Positions 34,886 to 44,661 of a stretch of 64,000 bases of DNA are shown piece by piece. The position numbers and the translations under genes are program-made. The DNA comes from an uncultured Acidobacteriota bacterium (GTDB lineage: Bacteria > Acidobacteriota > Thermoanaerobaculia > Multivoradales > SZUA-115). The notes beneath the pieces are model-generated. The model searched no databases. It saw only the letters and a program-made list of their open reading frames with translations, and was not told the origin of the DNA. Numbering within the stretch: the stretch's first letter is position 1; the number at the start of each line of letters is the position of its first letter. Where the stretch lies: NCBI GenBank assembly GCA_963805975.1, contig CAWDVR010000006.1, positions 32,001-96,000 of the forward strand, given 5' to 3'.

Positions 34886-35967
34886 GGCTCGTCGGCGAAG
34901 AGCGAGAGCTGCGGCGTGGGCAACGCTTTTGGCCGGGCCGACGCCGGCACGCGGAAGGCGTCGGTCGCGAGCGACGGGCGCGGCCGATCCAGTCCGTGCC
35001 GCCTGACCGCGGTGTCGAACAGCGCGGCGATCTGCTCCGCGAAGGCACCCTGGCCGCGGAAGCGGCTGCCGAAGCGCGAGTCGTTGAGCTTGCCGCCGCG
35101 CAGCGACCGCTGCCGGTTGAGCACCTTGTCCACCCGGTCCGGGAAATGGGTCTCGAGCCATTGCTCGAAGAGCGGCGCCACGGCGCCCGGCAGCCGCAGC
35201 GGCACGTAGCCCGCGAAGCCGGCTCCCGCCTCGGCAGCCGCCGCGAGGATCTTGGGGATCTCGTGATCGGTGATCGCCGGGATCACCGGCGCCGCCATCA
35301 CCCCCACCGGGATGCCGGCCGCGGCCAGCTCGCGAACCGCCCGCAGGCGCTCGCGCGGGTGCGAGGCCCGCGGCTCGAGCCGGCGGGCGAGGCCGGCGTC
35401 GAGAGTGGTGATCGACAGGCAGACCGAGGCCAGGCCCTCCCGCGCCATCTCGGAGAGCAGGTCGATGTCCCGCGTCACCAGGGCGTTCTTGGTGATGATC
35501 GAGACCGGGTTCCGGAACTCGGCCAGCACCGCGAGGCAGCGGCGGGTGACCTCGAGCTTGCGCTCGATCGGCTGGTAGGGGTCGGTGACGCCGGAGATCA
35601 TCAGCGTCTGCGGCTTCCACTTGGGCGCCGCCAGCTCGCGGCGCAGGAGCTCCGGCGCGTCCTCCTTGACCAGGATCTTGCTCTCGAAGTCGAGCCCGGC
35701 GGAGAAGCCCAGGAACTCATGGGTCGGCCGGGCGTAGCAATAGATGCACCCGTGCTCGCAGCCGCGGTACGGGTTGAGCGAGGCATCGAAACCCACGTCC
35801 GGGCTGTCGTTGTAGGTGATGGCGGTTTTCGAGCCGTCTACCAGGTAGGTGGTCGGAACGCGATCCGGCGGCGGCTCTTCCAGCTCCACCGCGAGGTGGG
35901 TGAAGCGGTTGGCCGGGTTGGTGGCGGCGGCCCGACCGCGCGGCGGCTCCACGAGGTCCGTTCTCAT
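34882..35967 (-). CDS. Radical SAM protein, PA0069/SplB-like family
   Basis: NPYRGCEHGCIYCYARPTHE (CxxxCxxC) and TDPYQP motifs. Confidence 0.93.
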   Translation of the reverse strand: MRTDLVEPPRGRAAATNPANRFTHLAVELEEPPPDRVPTTYLVDGSKTAITYNDSPDVGFDASLNPYRGCEHGCIYCYARPTHEFLGFSAGLDFESKILVKEDAPELLRRELAAPKWKPQTLMISGVTDPYQPIERKLEVTRRCLAVLAEFRNPVSIITKNALVTRDIDLLSEMAREGLASVCLSITTLDAGLARRLEPRASHPRERLRAVRELAAAGIPVGVMAAPVIPAITDHEIPKILAAAAEAGAGFAGYVPLRLPGAVAPLFEQWLETHFPDRVDKVLNRQRSLRGGKLNDSRFGSRFRGQGAFAEQIAALFDTAVRRHGLDRPRPSLATDAFRVPASARPKALPTPQLSLFADEP

Positions 35968-36105
35968 GCGCCTAGTTTACGCCTATTCACGGTTCGCCAG
36001 AGCTCGAGGTCTCTGCCAAGGGCTCCGCGCCGCGTATGTCTTCGTGTCATGATCGCCCGTCCATCGTAAGCGGGGTGTCGGGTCGGGGCAAGCCGAGGGC
36101 GATCT

Positions 36106-37824
36106 ATGCACGGAAGGCAGGACGAGAGAGATCTGATCCGCGCGTTGGCGGCCGTGGCGGCGCTGGCGCTCCTCGCAACCCCCGTATTTTCCAGCTCCAT
36201 TCCATCCTCTGCCGATCCGGTGCCAGCCGCGCCCGCCGCCGATCCCGGCTGCGAGCCGGTGCCGGACGACGCCACTCTCGAGTCGCGCGGTGCCCGCATC
36301 CGTGCGATCGAGATCGCGATCGGGGACATCTTCGACGAGGAGAACCCGAAGGAGGACGGCACCCTCTACAAGCTCGTCAACCGCCTGCACATCGACACCC
36401 GGCCGCACGTGGCGGCGAACCTGATCCTGGTGCGCACCGGCGATGTCTACCAGCGGCGCCTGCTCGACGAGTCCGAGCGCCTGCTGCGCGAGGAGCGGTA
36501 CTTTTCCGAGGCGACGATCCGCCCGCTGCGCTACTGCGGCAACGAGGTGGACCTGGTGGTCGAAGCGCACGACGTGTGGACGCTCAACCTCGCCGCCACC
36601 TTCAGCCGGAGCGGCGGCAAGAACACCACGCGCGCCAAGATCGAGGACGGCAACTTCCTCGGGCTGGGCAAGGACGTGGCCCTCGAACAGCGCTCGACCG
36701 TCGACCGCGACTCGCTGGTCGCCCGCTATCGCGACCACAACCTCCGCGGCAGCCGCCGGCGGCTCGAGCTGTGGTACGCCGACAACAGCGACGGCAGCTT
36801 CCAGGTCTTCGACCTGCGCCAGCCGTTCTACGCCCTCGACAGCCGCTTCGCGGCGGGCATCCGGGTGCGGATCGACGACAAGGTGGACGACCTCTACCGC
36901 CTGGGCGAGATCTACACCAGCTTCCGCCACCAGCAGGACTTCGCCGATCTCTTCCTGGGCCGCTCGGCGGGCCTCAAGGGCGGCAGGGCCGTGCGCTGGA
37001 GCGTGGGCGCCACCCTGCTGCGCGATCGCTTCGAGAAGAAGGTGGGGGAGGTCGAGCCGATCTTCATCCCGCCGGACCGCACGCTCGCCTACCCTTGGCT
37101 TGGCTTCGAGTGGGTGGAGGACGATTTCCGCGAGCTCTCCGACCTGGACCAGATCGCGCGCACCGAGGACTTCGCACTGGGCCTGCACCTCTCCGGGCGC
37201 ATCGGCTACTCGGCGGAGTCTTTCGGTGGCGACGAGAATCGCGTCGTCTACTCGCTCGCGGCGAGCGACGGGGTGGAGTGGGGCGAGAAGGCCCTGCTGC
37301 TGCTCTCGGCCGCCTCTAGCGGCCGCTGGGGGGACGACGGCGCGCAGAACATGGTCACCGGCGGCCAGGCGCGCTTCTACTGGCGAAATTTCGGCCAGAA
37401 CCTCTTCTTCGTCACCCTGGGCGCGGACGTGGCCGACAACCTGGACTTCGACAACCAGCTACTCCTGGGCGGCGACAACGGCCTGCGCGGCTACCCGTTG
37501 CGCTACCAGGAGGGGGACCGCCGCGCCCTCCTCACGCTGGAGCAACGCTTCTACACCCCGCTCGACCTCTTCCACGTGGTGCAGGTGGGGGGCGCCGTGT
37601 TCTTCGATATCGGCCGCGCCTGGTTCGAGGAGGAGCAGCGTTTCCCGCCCCGGCTGCCGGTCAAGGCGACCGGCTGGCTCAAGGACGTGGGCGTGGGCCT
37701 GCGCTTCTCCTCCAACCGCTCGGGCCACGGCACCATGGTGCACTTCGACGTCGCCTTCCCGCTGGACGGCGACGACTCGATCGAAGAGGTGCAGTGGCTG
37801 GTGCGGACCCGCGAAACGTTCTAG
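36106..37824 (+). CDS. Omp85/BamA-TamA family outer membrane protein (second copy)
   Basis: Signal peptide, POTRA-like ESERLLR, LGGDNGLRGY and terminal Phe. Confidence 0.85.
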   Translation: MHGRQDERDLIRALAAVAALALLATPVFSSSIPSSADPVPAAPAADPGCEPVPDDATLESRGARIRAIEIAIGDIFDEENPKEDGTLYKLVNRLHIDTRPHVAANLILVRTGDVYQRRLLDESERLLREERYFSEATIRPLRYCGNEVDLVVEAHDVWTLNLAATFSRSGGKNTTRAKIEDGNFLGLGKDVALEQRSTVDRDSLVARYRDHNLRGSRRRLELWYADNSDGSFQVFDLRQPFYALDSRFAAGIRVRIDDKVDDLYRLGEIYTSFRHQQDFADLFLGRSAGLKGGRAVRWSVGATLLRDRFEKKVGEVEPIFIPPDRTLAYPWLGFEWVEDDFRELSDLDQIARTEDFALGLHLSGRIGYSAESFGGDENRVVYSLAASDGVEWGEKALLLLSAASSGRWGDDGAQNMVTGGQARFYWRNFGQNLFFVTLGADVADNLDFDNQLLLGGDNGLRGYPLRYQEGDRRALLTLEQRFYTPLDLFHVVQVGGAVFFDIGRAWFEEEQRFPPRLPVKATGWLKDVGVGLRFSSNRSGHGTMVHFDVAFPLDGDDSIEEVQWLVRTRETF

Positions 37825-38685
37825 CTACAAGCTCTCGTCGCCGAACGGGTCGCAGGTGTCCGGGTTGCCGCTCTCGAGGCCGCGGCGCAGCCAGCGGGCG
37901 CGCATCTCGGACGAGCCGTGGGTCCAGGACTCGGGCTGCACCCAGCCCTGGGTGTTCTTCTGGATGCGGTCGTCACCGATCGCCTGAGCAGCGCCCAGGC
38001 CCTCCTGCACGTCGCCGGGCTCGAGCCAGTTGCGCTCGCGGTTGGCGTGATGCCCCCAGACCCCGGCCAGGCAGTCGGCCTGCAGCTCCATGCGCACCGA
38101 CAGGCCGTTGGCCTGCTCGCGGTCCACCTGCTGGCGCAGCCGCGCCACCTGGTCCGAGATGCCGAGCTGCTGCTGCACGTGGTGACCCACCTCGTGCGCC
38201 ACCACGTAGGCGCGCGCGAAGTCGCCCGGTGCGCCGAAGCGTTGCGAGAGGTCGCTGAAGAACGAGAGATCGAGGTAGACCTGCTGATCGGCGGGGCAGT
38301 AGAAGGGGCCAACGGCCGAGGTGGTGTAGCCGCAGGCGGAATCCACCTCGCTGGAGAACAGCACCAGCACCGGCGGCTGGTAGGTGCGGTCCATACGCTG
38401 GAAGATCTCGCCCCACACGTCCTCGGTCGAGCCGAGGATCACCTTGGCGAAACGGCTCTCCTCGTCGTCCGGTGGAGCGCCGCCCGGCGAGGAAGGCCCG
38501 GTCTCGACGCTCGAGCTCGGGCCTTCGGCCATGCCGATGAGATCCCGCGGGTCCTGCCCGGTCAACACCGCGAAGAGGAGGAGCAGCAGCATGCCTCCCC
38601 CTCCGATGGCCGCACCGCGACCCGCCACCCGCCGGCCGCGTCGATCGTCGACGTTGCCGCTTTCCCGTTGCCCTTGCCATCTCAT
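37825..38685 (-). CDS. Neutral zinc metallopeptidase, YpfJ family
   Basis: MRW...RES.NV.DRRG, GPFYCP.D, AHEVGHHVQ and ELQADC motifs. Confidence 0.93.
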   Translation of the reverse strand: MRWQGQRESGNVDDRRGRRVAGRGAAIGGGGMLLLLLFAVLTGQDPRDLIGMAEGPSSSVETGPSSPGGAPPDDEESRFAKVILGSTEDVWGEIFQRMDRTYQPPVLVLFSSEVDSACGYTTSAVGPFYCPADQQVYLDLSFFSDLSQRFGAPGDFARAYVVAHEVGHHVQQQLGISDQVARLRQQVDREQANGLSVRMELQADCLAGVWGHHANRERNWLEPGDVQEGLGAAQAIGDDRIQKNTQGWVQPESWTHGSSEMRARWLRRGLESGNPDTCDPFGDESL

Positions 38686-38805
38686 GTGCGCTCCTCCTCG
38701 CGGCCAGGCTGCCGCGCTGCCGATCTGCTGAATTGTAGAGCACACTGGGGACCGGCGCCCGGTAAACCACTCGTGCGACAATCGCGGCGGAAAGGACGCC
38801 GGCCC

Positions 38806-40350
38806 GTGGCCCATCGAGAGGTTCTCCTCACCGACGATCTCCCCCTCCTCCTCGCCGTGATGCCTCCCGAGGTGCGGCAGGCGCTCGAGGCCGAGCCCGG
38901 CCGCGACGAGATCCTGGAGGTCGTGCTCGACCTCGGCCGCATCCCCGAGGCGCGCTTCCCGGCGCGCGCCGTGGACCTGCTGCCACGGCAGGTCACCGCC
39001 GAGGACCTGCAGCACGTGGTCGATCGGGTGGGCCGCTTCGGCGAGGACAACCGCGCCGGGATCGGCGGCACTCTCCACCGCATCTCGGCGCTGCGCAACC
39101 GGGTGGGAGAGGTGATCGGCCTCACCTGCCGCGTCGGCCGCGCAGTGTTCGGCACCGTTGCCATCCTGCGCGACACGGTCGAGGCCGGGCGCTCGATCCT
39201 GCTCCTCGGCCGGCCCGGGGTGGGCAAGACGACGCTCTTGCGCGAGGCGGCCCGCGTGCTCGCCGACGAGCTCGGCAAGCGGGTGGTGATCGTCGACACC
39301 TCGAACGAGATCGCCGGCGACGGCGACGTGCCCCATCCCGGCATCGGCCGCGCCCGGCGCATGCAGGTGCCGACCCCTTCCGAGCAGCACGCGGTGATGA
39401 TCGAGGCGGTGGAGAACCACATGCCGGAGGTGATCGTCATCGACGAGATCGGCACCACGGCCGAGGCCATGGCGGCGCGCACCATCGCCGAGCGCGGCGT
39501 GCAGCTGATCGCCACCGCGCACGGCAACACGCTCGAGAACCTGCTGCGCAACCCGACGCTCTCCGACCTCGTGGGCGGTATCCACGCGGTGACCCTCTCG
39601 GACGAGGAGGCCCGCCGCCGCGCCAGCCAGAAGACGGTGCTCGAGCGCAAGGCGCCGCCCACCTTCGACGTGGTGGTCGAGATCCACGAGAAAGACCGCC
39701 TGGCCGTGCACCACCGCGTGGCGGAGGTGGTGGACCGCTTCCTGCGCGGCGCGCCGCTCGCGCCCGAGCTGCGGCTGCGCACGGCGGAGGGAGAGGTCGA
39801 GATCCACGCGGCGGCGGCCCCCGAGCGCGCCGCGAGGACGAACGCGCACGAACGCACGCCGGGGGCCGCGGGAGAGGGCCCGCGGCTGCTACGGCGCCGG
39901 CTGCGGATCTTTCCCTACGCCATCTCGCGCAGCAAGCTCGAGCGCGCCATCCGCCAGCTTCACGTGCCCGCCACGATGGCGATGCAAGCCAAGGAAGCGG
40001 ACGTGGTGCTGACCGTCAAGGGGCAGCAGCGGCGGCAGGGCAAGCGCTGGGCCGACGCCGAGGCCAACGGCGTGCGGCTGGCAGTGGTGAAGAGCAACAC
40101 CGTCACCCAGCTCGAGAGCTTCCTGCGCGCCGAGTTCGGCCTCGCCGAGCCGCGGGAAGAGCACCAGGTCGCGCTCCGCGAGGCCCAGGACGCGATCGAT
40201 CAGGTGCTGGACTCCGGCGTTCCCGTGGAGCTCTCACCCCAGGAGCGCGACATCCGCCGCCTCCAGCACGAGACCGTCGTCGGCTCCGGCCTCGTCTCCC
40301 AGAGCCGCGGCCAGGACCCCTACCGCCGGGTGGTGGTGTTCCCGGGGTGA
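38806..40350 (+). CDS. SpoIIIAA/Ycf45-like AAA ATPase with a C-terminal R3H domain
   Basis: GRPGVGKTT, VDTSNEI.GDGD, EAVENHMPE and R..QH R3H end. Confidence 0.92.
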   Translation: MAHREVLLTDDLPLLLAVMPPEVRQALEAEPGRDEILEVVLDLGRIPEARFPARAVDLLPRQVTAEDLQHVVDRVGRFGEDNRAGIGGTLHRISALRNRVGEVIGLTCRVGRAVFGTVAILRDTVEAGRSILLLGRPGVGKTTLLREAARVLADELGKRVVIVDTSNEIAGDGDVPHPGIGRARRMQVPTPSEQHAVMIEAVENHMPEVIVIDEIGTTAEAMAARTIAERGVQLIATAHGNTLENLLRNPTLSDLVGGIHAVTLSDEEARRRASQKTVLERKAPPTFDVVVEIHEKDRLAVHHRVAEVVDRFLRGAPLAPELRLRTAEGEVEIHAAAAPERAARTNAHERTPGAAGEGPRLLRRRLRIFPYAISRSKLERAIRQLHVPATMAMQAKEADVVLTVKGQQRRQGKRWADAEANGVRLAVVKSNTVTQLESFLRAEFGLAEPREEHQVALREAQDAIDQVLDSGVPVELSPQERDIRRLQHETVVGSGLVSQSRGQDPYRRVVVFPG

Positions 40351-40859
40351 GAGAGCCGATTGCGGTTCTCGACGACGCCCAGGAACCCGGATAATGCCGC
40401 AGAAGATCCGGACACTCAGCGCCAGTCCCGTTGCCGCATGACCTCCCGAGGACTCTTCCCACAATCGGGCCTAACTCGCGATCGTACAGGGGTTTCCAGG
40501 CTCCCCGCCTCCCCCGACGGCAACCAACGCGACAGGAACCCCGTCGCACAGTCTGCCGGTCGTCCCCAATTGCGGCTCTGATTCCCTTCCGAGCACACAC
40601 ACTGTTCGCTCGATGACCGGAATTCGAGCCAGTTCAGGGACTAGCTGAAGCCCCTAAAAGCGAAACTCCTGCGGGTCACCTCCCGAATCGCGACCAGAGT
40701 AAGAAGCTCTCAGAAGCGCCGGTAGCGACATCCGGTGTCGCCGTGGTTCCTACAGAGCTTGTTGTAGGATACCTCCAACTGAAGGCAGGCTAAGGAGTTG
40801 AAGGTCCACGGAGAAGCAGCACGGGGGCCAAGGCGACAGGCGGCGCCACAGGCTGCAGA

Positions 40860-41189
40860 CGGCAGGTACTTGCCAGAGGTTTCTCAGTTTTGAGGACCGG
40901 ATAAGAAACGCATGTACCACTTGGCCTACACCAAGATGGGCTTTGGCTACACCATGACAACAGTGTCAGCACGGAGGGTTTCGACACCAAGCTGGCTTCC
41001 GAGCTTCCCGGGAAACTGGACCTCTCTGGGCAAGACCGTGTCTACTTGGTGGACCCGCACCGGGTTACCCGCACCATCGTCAGACACTTTGGCTACTTCG
41101 TGCCCCGGCTTAGGGAGGCTGGTTCGAAGTCGAGCCCGATGCGGGTCAAATTCGAGGAATTCTTCGATGACTTTCACGACACGGATTGA
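40860..41189 (+). pseudogene. Degraded or frameshifted ORF remnant of unknown function
   Basis: Three frames can be joined into DRIRNxMYHLAYTKMxLWLHHDN...VYLVDPHRVT...FEEFFDDFHDTD-stop; the 5' boundary is uncertain. Confidence 0.4.
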
Positions 41190-41219
41190 GGATCCACGAT
41201 CGCTGGGAGGGTGCGAAGC

Positions 41220-41278
41220 GCAGAACCCTTTGGTGGAGTGGCCGGCTGCGGCCGCCGCTCACCTCAAGAGCGTTAGGC
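41220..41278 (+). other. attC-like integron cassette recombination site (59 bp)
   Basis: GCAGAAC-N5-GGTGGAGT...GCTCACC-N8-GTTAGGC; L boxes pair with one extra G. Confidence 0.6.
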
Positions 41279-41432
41279 GGCCTGCGCGACCGCGGCGCTG
41301 AGGAGGTAGCCGCGGGCAGTCGGCATCAATGTGGGTAGAGGGCGGCCACACACGAGAGAGCCGTCAGCCTTTGCCCGCCCCGCGTCGATCGCGTCGATAA
41401 GGTTCTATGTAGTTGAACCAAGCAGGGAGAGC

Positions 41433-42284
41433 ATGAGAATGGAGAACGATGTCCGTTTGGTCTCGACTTCCGACCTGCTGGCGCTAGAGCAACTTCTGTG
41501 TGCGCCGAATGATCCCGCCCGCGAGCCGGCGGACCCGGTCTTGGCGCAGTCGACGCGCCTCAAGGCCGCCGAACTCCTGTCGAGCGAGATCCACAATCGC
41601 GGCCTGATCAACTGGCGCCGCGTTCGTAGCGCGATTGAGCACGAGAATACGCTTGTCAATCATCGAGTGACGTGGCTGCTGCTATCACAGGCCGCGCTTC
41701 TGGCAGCCTTCGCCAGCCTGTATGCCAAGTGGCTCGAACTTTCGGGTGGTAGCTCCGGAACACTGGTTGATAGCTATATACCTGTACCCCTCAGTCTTGT
41801 AGCCATTCTGGGCCTCGTGATTTGCTTCAACCTTCGTGTTTCTCTAAGGAACGCCGCAACCCAACTCAACCGGCTCACTAAGTGGTGGTACGCAATTCCA
41901 TTTCAGTTGTTAGAGGAGAAGAAGAAGGACGAAGCTCACGAAGCGTACGACGATGCTCATAAGAGTCATCCCCCGCTCCATCTTAATCACGAGATGGAGT
42001 GGCGCTTGACGGGAGCTCGAAGAGAGCGATGGAGGGCCCTGTTTGCCATTGAGGTGCTTCCTCTCTACTTCGTAGGGTCATGGCTCATACTGCTGTTCGG
42101 CGTGATTTTGCGGCACGTCATGCGCGATGACTGGTCGCAGGCTACCGCCATTGCAACTCAGATGTTCCCGGTAGTAATGGGATTGCTGGCAGTCGGCGCC
42201 ACTTTCGTTGCGGGACTGGCTTGGGGCCGTCGTAGCCTCAAGGCCCGGGGTGGTAGCACTACTAAGCCCTCGGATAGGGCTTAA
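41433..42284 (+). CDS. Hypothetical membrane protein (about 4 TM), RipA/8xMP-like N-terminal motif
   Basis: Lower GC; EHENTLVNHRVTWLLLSQAALLAAF followed by hydrophobic helices. Confidence 0.7.
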   Translation: MRMENDVRLVSTSDLLALEQLLCAPNDPAREPADPVLAQSTRLKAAELLSSEIHNRGLINWRRVRSAIEHENTLVNHRVTWLLLSQAALLAAFASLYAKWLELSGGSSGTLVDSYIPVPLSLVAILGLVICFNLRVSLRNAATQLNRLTKWWYAIPFQLLEEKKKDEAHEAYDDAHKSHPPLHLNHEMEWRLTGARRERWRALFAIEVLPLYFVGSWLILLFGVILRHVMRDDWSQATAIATQMFPVVMGLLAVGATFVAGLAWGRRSLKARGGSTTKPSDRA

Positions 42285-42498
42285 GCGCAACTCGGTCGCC
42301 GCCCGAAGTCACAGATTCGACAGACTTATAGCGGCCCTCCTCCGTCCTCGTAGCTGCGTGCCAGAGAGCCTGGGATTTCGGCTCGACGCAAGTACTCGCA
42401 TGGCGATTCTTGCCATCGCCGGAGAGGTTTCCGGCTGACGCGGCCGCCAGCGCAGGCGGACCGGTGAGCGAGGACCGTGCTGTGCCTAATGCCGGGCC

Positions 42499-44526
42499 TC
42501 ACGGCACCACCGTCGACCATGCCGAGGTGTTGCCGCTCTCGAAGCCGTCCGCGAAGATCGCCTGGAAGTCGAGGATCTGCGCGTAGACATGCAAGTGCCC
42601 GTCCGAGGTGGACGGATAGAGGACGTGCACGCGTTCGCCGATCGGGGCGAGCCCGATGTAGTCGCCCACGAACTGGCTCTGGAAAGCGCTGAACCCGGCG
42701 AGCGCGCTCTGGAACGGCGGGTTCGTGATCCTCATCTCGCCCCATCCGAGACCGTCGTCCTCGCTCGTCGCGTAGTAGAGGTCGATCCAGGCGTTGGTGT
42801 CGGCATCGGCCTGCGCCGTGTTGCGGGTGTCGAAGAAGGCGAGGTGGAGCCTGCCGGTCGAATCGGCCTCGATCCAGGGGTGGAACTGGTCACGCGGCGG
42901 TGTCGAGTCGCCCCCGACGACGACCGGAGTGGACCAAGTCGTGCCGCCGTTGGTCGAGCGCGTCAGGTAGAGGTCCACGTCCCACTCGCCGCCGGCCGTG
43001 GAGGTGGTGTCCGGGTAGACCATCGTGAGCACTCCGTTCGTCGGGTTGACCGCCATGTAGGCGAGCGGAGCCACGCGGAAACCGCCCGGGAACCGCGGGT
43101 TGTTCTCCTCGGGGCCCCAGGTATCGAGACGGGTGGCGACGGTGATGGGCGAGCCGAAGGTCGCGCCGCCGTCCGTGCTCTTCACCAGCCTGAACTCAAA
43201 GCCGAAGTCCCAGTACAGAACGTAGAGGACGCCGTTGGCGCCGATCTTCGGCTGGAAGCCGAGCCCGGAGGGCAGGCTCTGGATGGCCGACCAGGTGGCG
43301 CCGAGGTCGTCCGAGCGCTGGATGCCCAGGTTGTAGGTGACGTAGAGCCGCGTGCTGTTGGGCAGGCCGGGCCGCGGACCGGCTGCGAGCAGGCCCTTGT
43401 CGATGATCGGGCTGACGCTGCTGCCGCCGTGGATCTGGACTGGAGCCAGGAAGTTCGCGGTCACGGCCTGCCGCCGCGCCACCCACAGCCGCGACGGGAC
43501 GTTGGTGACGTAACCGAAGAGGATGCCGCCCACCCACTGGGTGCCGGTGCGCGGGTCGTGTGCCACCATCGGGTCTCCCTCGTAGTCACCGGCCGCGGCG
43601 AACGGCCCGTGCAGCACCTGGTCGCTCCACGAGCCCCCGCCGTTCAGGCTGGCTGCCGCCGCCACCTTCCACGGGCCGTTGTTGCCGCCCTGGCGCAGGT
43701 CGATCCAGCCCGCCACCAGCTCGGGCCCGGCACCCGCCGCGAGGATGGTCTCTGCCGAGTGCGCGTTGCCGGCCCCGGCGTCGACCCGCGTCGGGGGCAG
43801 GGCGACCGGAAGCGGCGTCGCGCCGCGGGCCTCGAACGCCGCCTTCCGCACCTCGCAGGAAGCCGCGAGCGCCGAAGGCAGGGGCGTGCCCAGCCGCTTC
43901 GCCTCGGCCCGGTGCTCCTCGCAGGAGTCGCGGTCGCCGAGCAGGAAGTGGAGGGCTGCGAGCCGCGCGTGCGCAGAGCCGTAGTCCGGCTCGTAGCCGA
44001 GGAGCGTCTGCCACTCGGCCATGGCCTCGTCCAGCTTCCGCTCGGCCTGGAGGAGGCCCGCCAGCTCGTGCCGGCTCTCGAGGTGCCTCGGGTCGAGGTC
44101 GAGCGCGGTGCGATAGGCAGCCTCTGCGTGCTCCGTGCGCTGGAGGAAGCGCAGCGCGCGGGCCAGGAGGTAGTAGGGCAGCGGCCGCTCCGGTGCGGAG
44201 CGGATGGGGGCGACGAGGAGCTCCAGAGCCTCGTAGGAGCGCCCGTTCTCCAGCAGGTCGCTGGCCTGGCGGAGCGCGCGGTCCGCTTCCTCGGGGGCGA
44301 GCGGCCGGCCGACGGGAGCGGTCACCATGGGCAGCGCCCGCACCCGCTCGCGCTCGAAGACCAGCCCCTGGAGCCGCTGGTCCACCAGGCGCTCCTTGAT
44401 CGCCTCGGGTGGCCCGAAGCCAAGCTGTGGCGAAGCGTTCGGAAGGGCGCAGGCTGCGGTGCCCGCCAGGGCCAGAAGGACCAGGGCGCGCGAGACGAGA
44501 ACGAGGTGTCGAGACAGATCGTGCAT
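42499..44526 (-). CDS. Predicted lipoprotein with TPR and BNR/Asp-box (sialidase-like) propeller, and a C-terminal IFADGFE motif
   Basis: AGTAAC lipobox, TPR helices, S.D.G.TW repeats, ends IFADGFESGNTSAWSTVVP. Confidence 0.85.
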   Translation of the reverse strand: MHDLSRHLVLVSRALVLLALAGTAACALPNASPQLGFGPPEAIKERLVDQRLQGLVFERERVRALPMVTAPVGRPLAPEEADRALRQASDLLENGRSYEALELLVAPIRSAPERPLPYYLLARALRFLQRTEHAEAAYRTALDLDPRHLESRHELAGLLQAERKLDEAMAEWQTLLGYEPDYGSAHARLAALHFLLGDRDSCEEHRAEAKRLGTPLPSALAASCEVRKAAFEARGATPLPVALPPTRVDAGAGNAHSAETILAAGAGPELVAGWIDLRQGGNNGPWKVAAAASLNGGGSWSDQVLHGPFAAAGDYEGDPMVAHDPRTGTQWVGGILFGYVTNVPSRLWVARRQAVTANFLAPVQIHGGSSVSPIIDKGLLAAGPRPGLPNSTRLYVTYNLGIQRSDDLGATWSAIQSLPSGLGFQPKIGANGVLYVLYWDFGFEFRLVKSTDGGATFGSPITVATRLDTWGPEENNPRFPGGFRVAPLAYMAVNPTNGVLTMVYPDTTSTAGGEWDVDLYLTRSTNGGTTWSTPVVVGGDSTPPRDQFHPWIEADSTGRLHLAFFDTRNTAQADADTNAWIDLYYATSEDDGLGWGEMRITNPPFQSALAGFSAFQSQFVGDYIGLAPIGERVHVLYPSTSDGHLHVYAQILDFQAIFADGFESGNTSAWSTVVP

Positions 44527-44661
44527 GACCTGAAGCTCCTGCCCGCGGCGCGGGCTCCATCCGGAGGTCTTGTAGTGCGAGTGAAATGTCACGGTAGCAT
44601 AGATGAGCAGCCGATCAATCGTCCTGGATGGTCCCTCGCGTCTGCGGGATATCCTCGGCGC

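Noticed and set aside
37825-40350. Extended ORFs 37825..39849 and 37918..40350
   Set aside because: Each is a real gene plus the antisense shadow of its divergent neighbour.
40469-40550. Second attC site starting GCCTAAC with a GGGGTTTCC/GGAACCCC stem
   Set aside because: No matching distal R box was found; at best a degenerate half-site.
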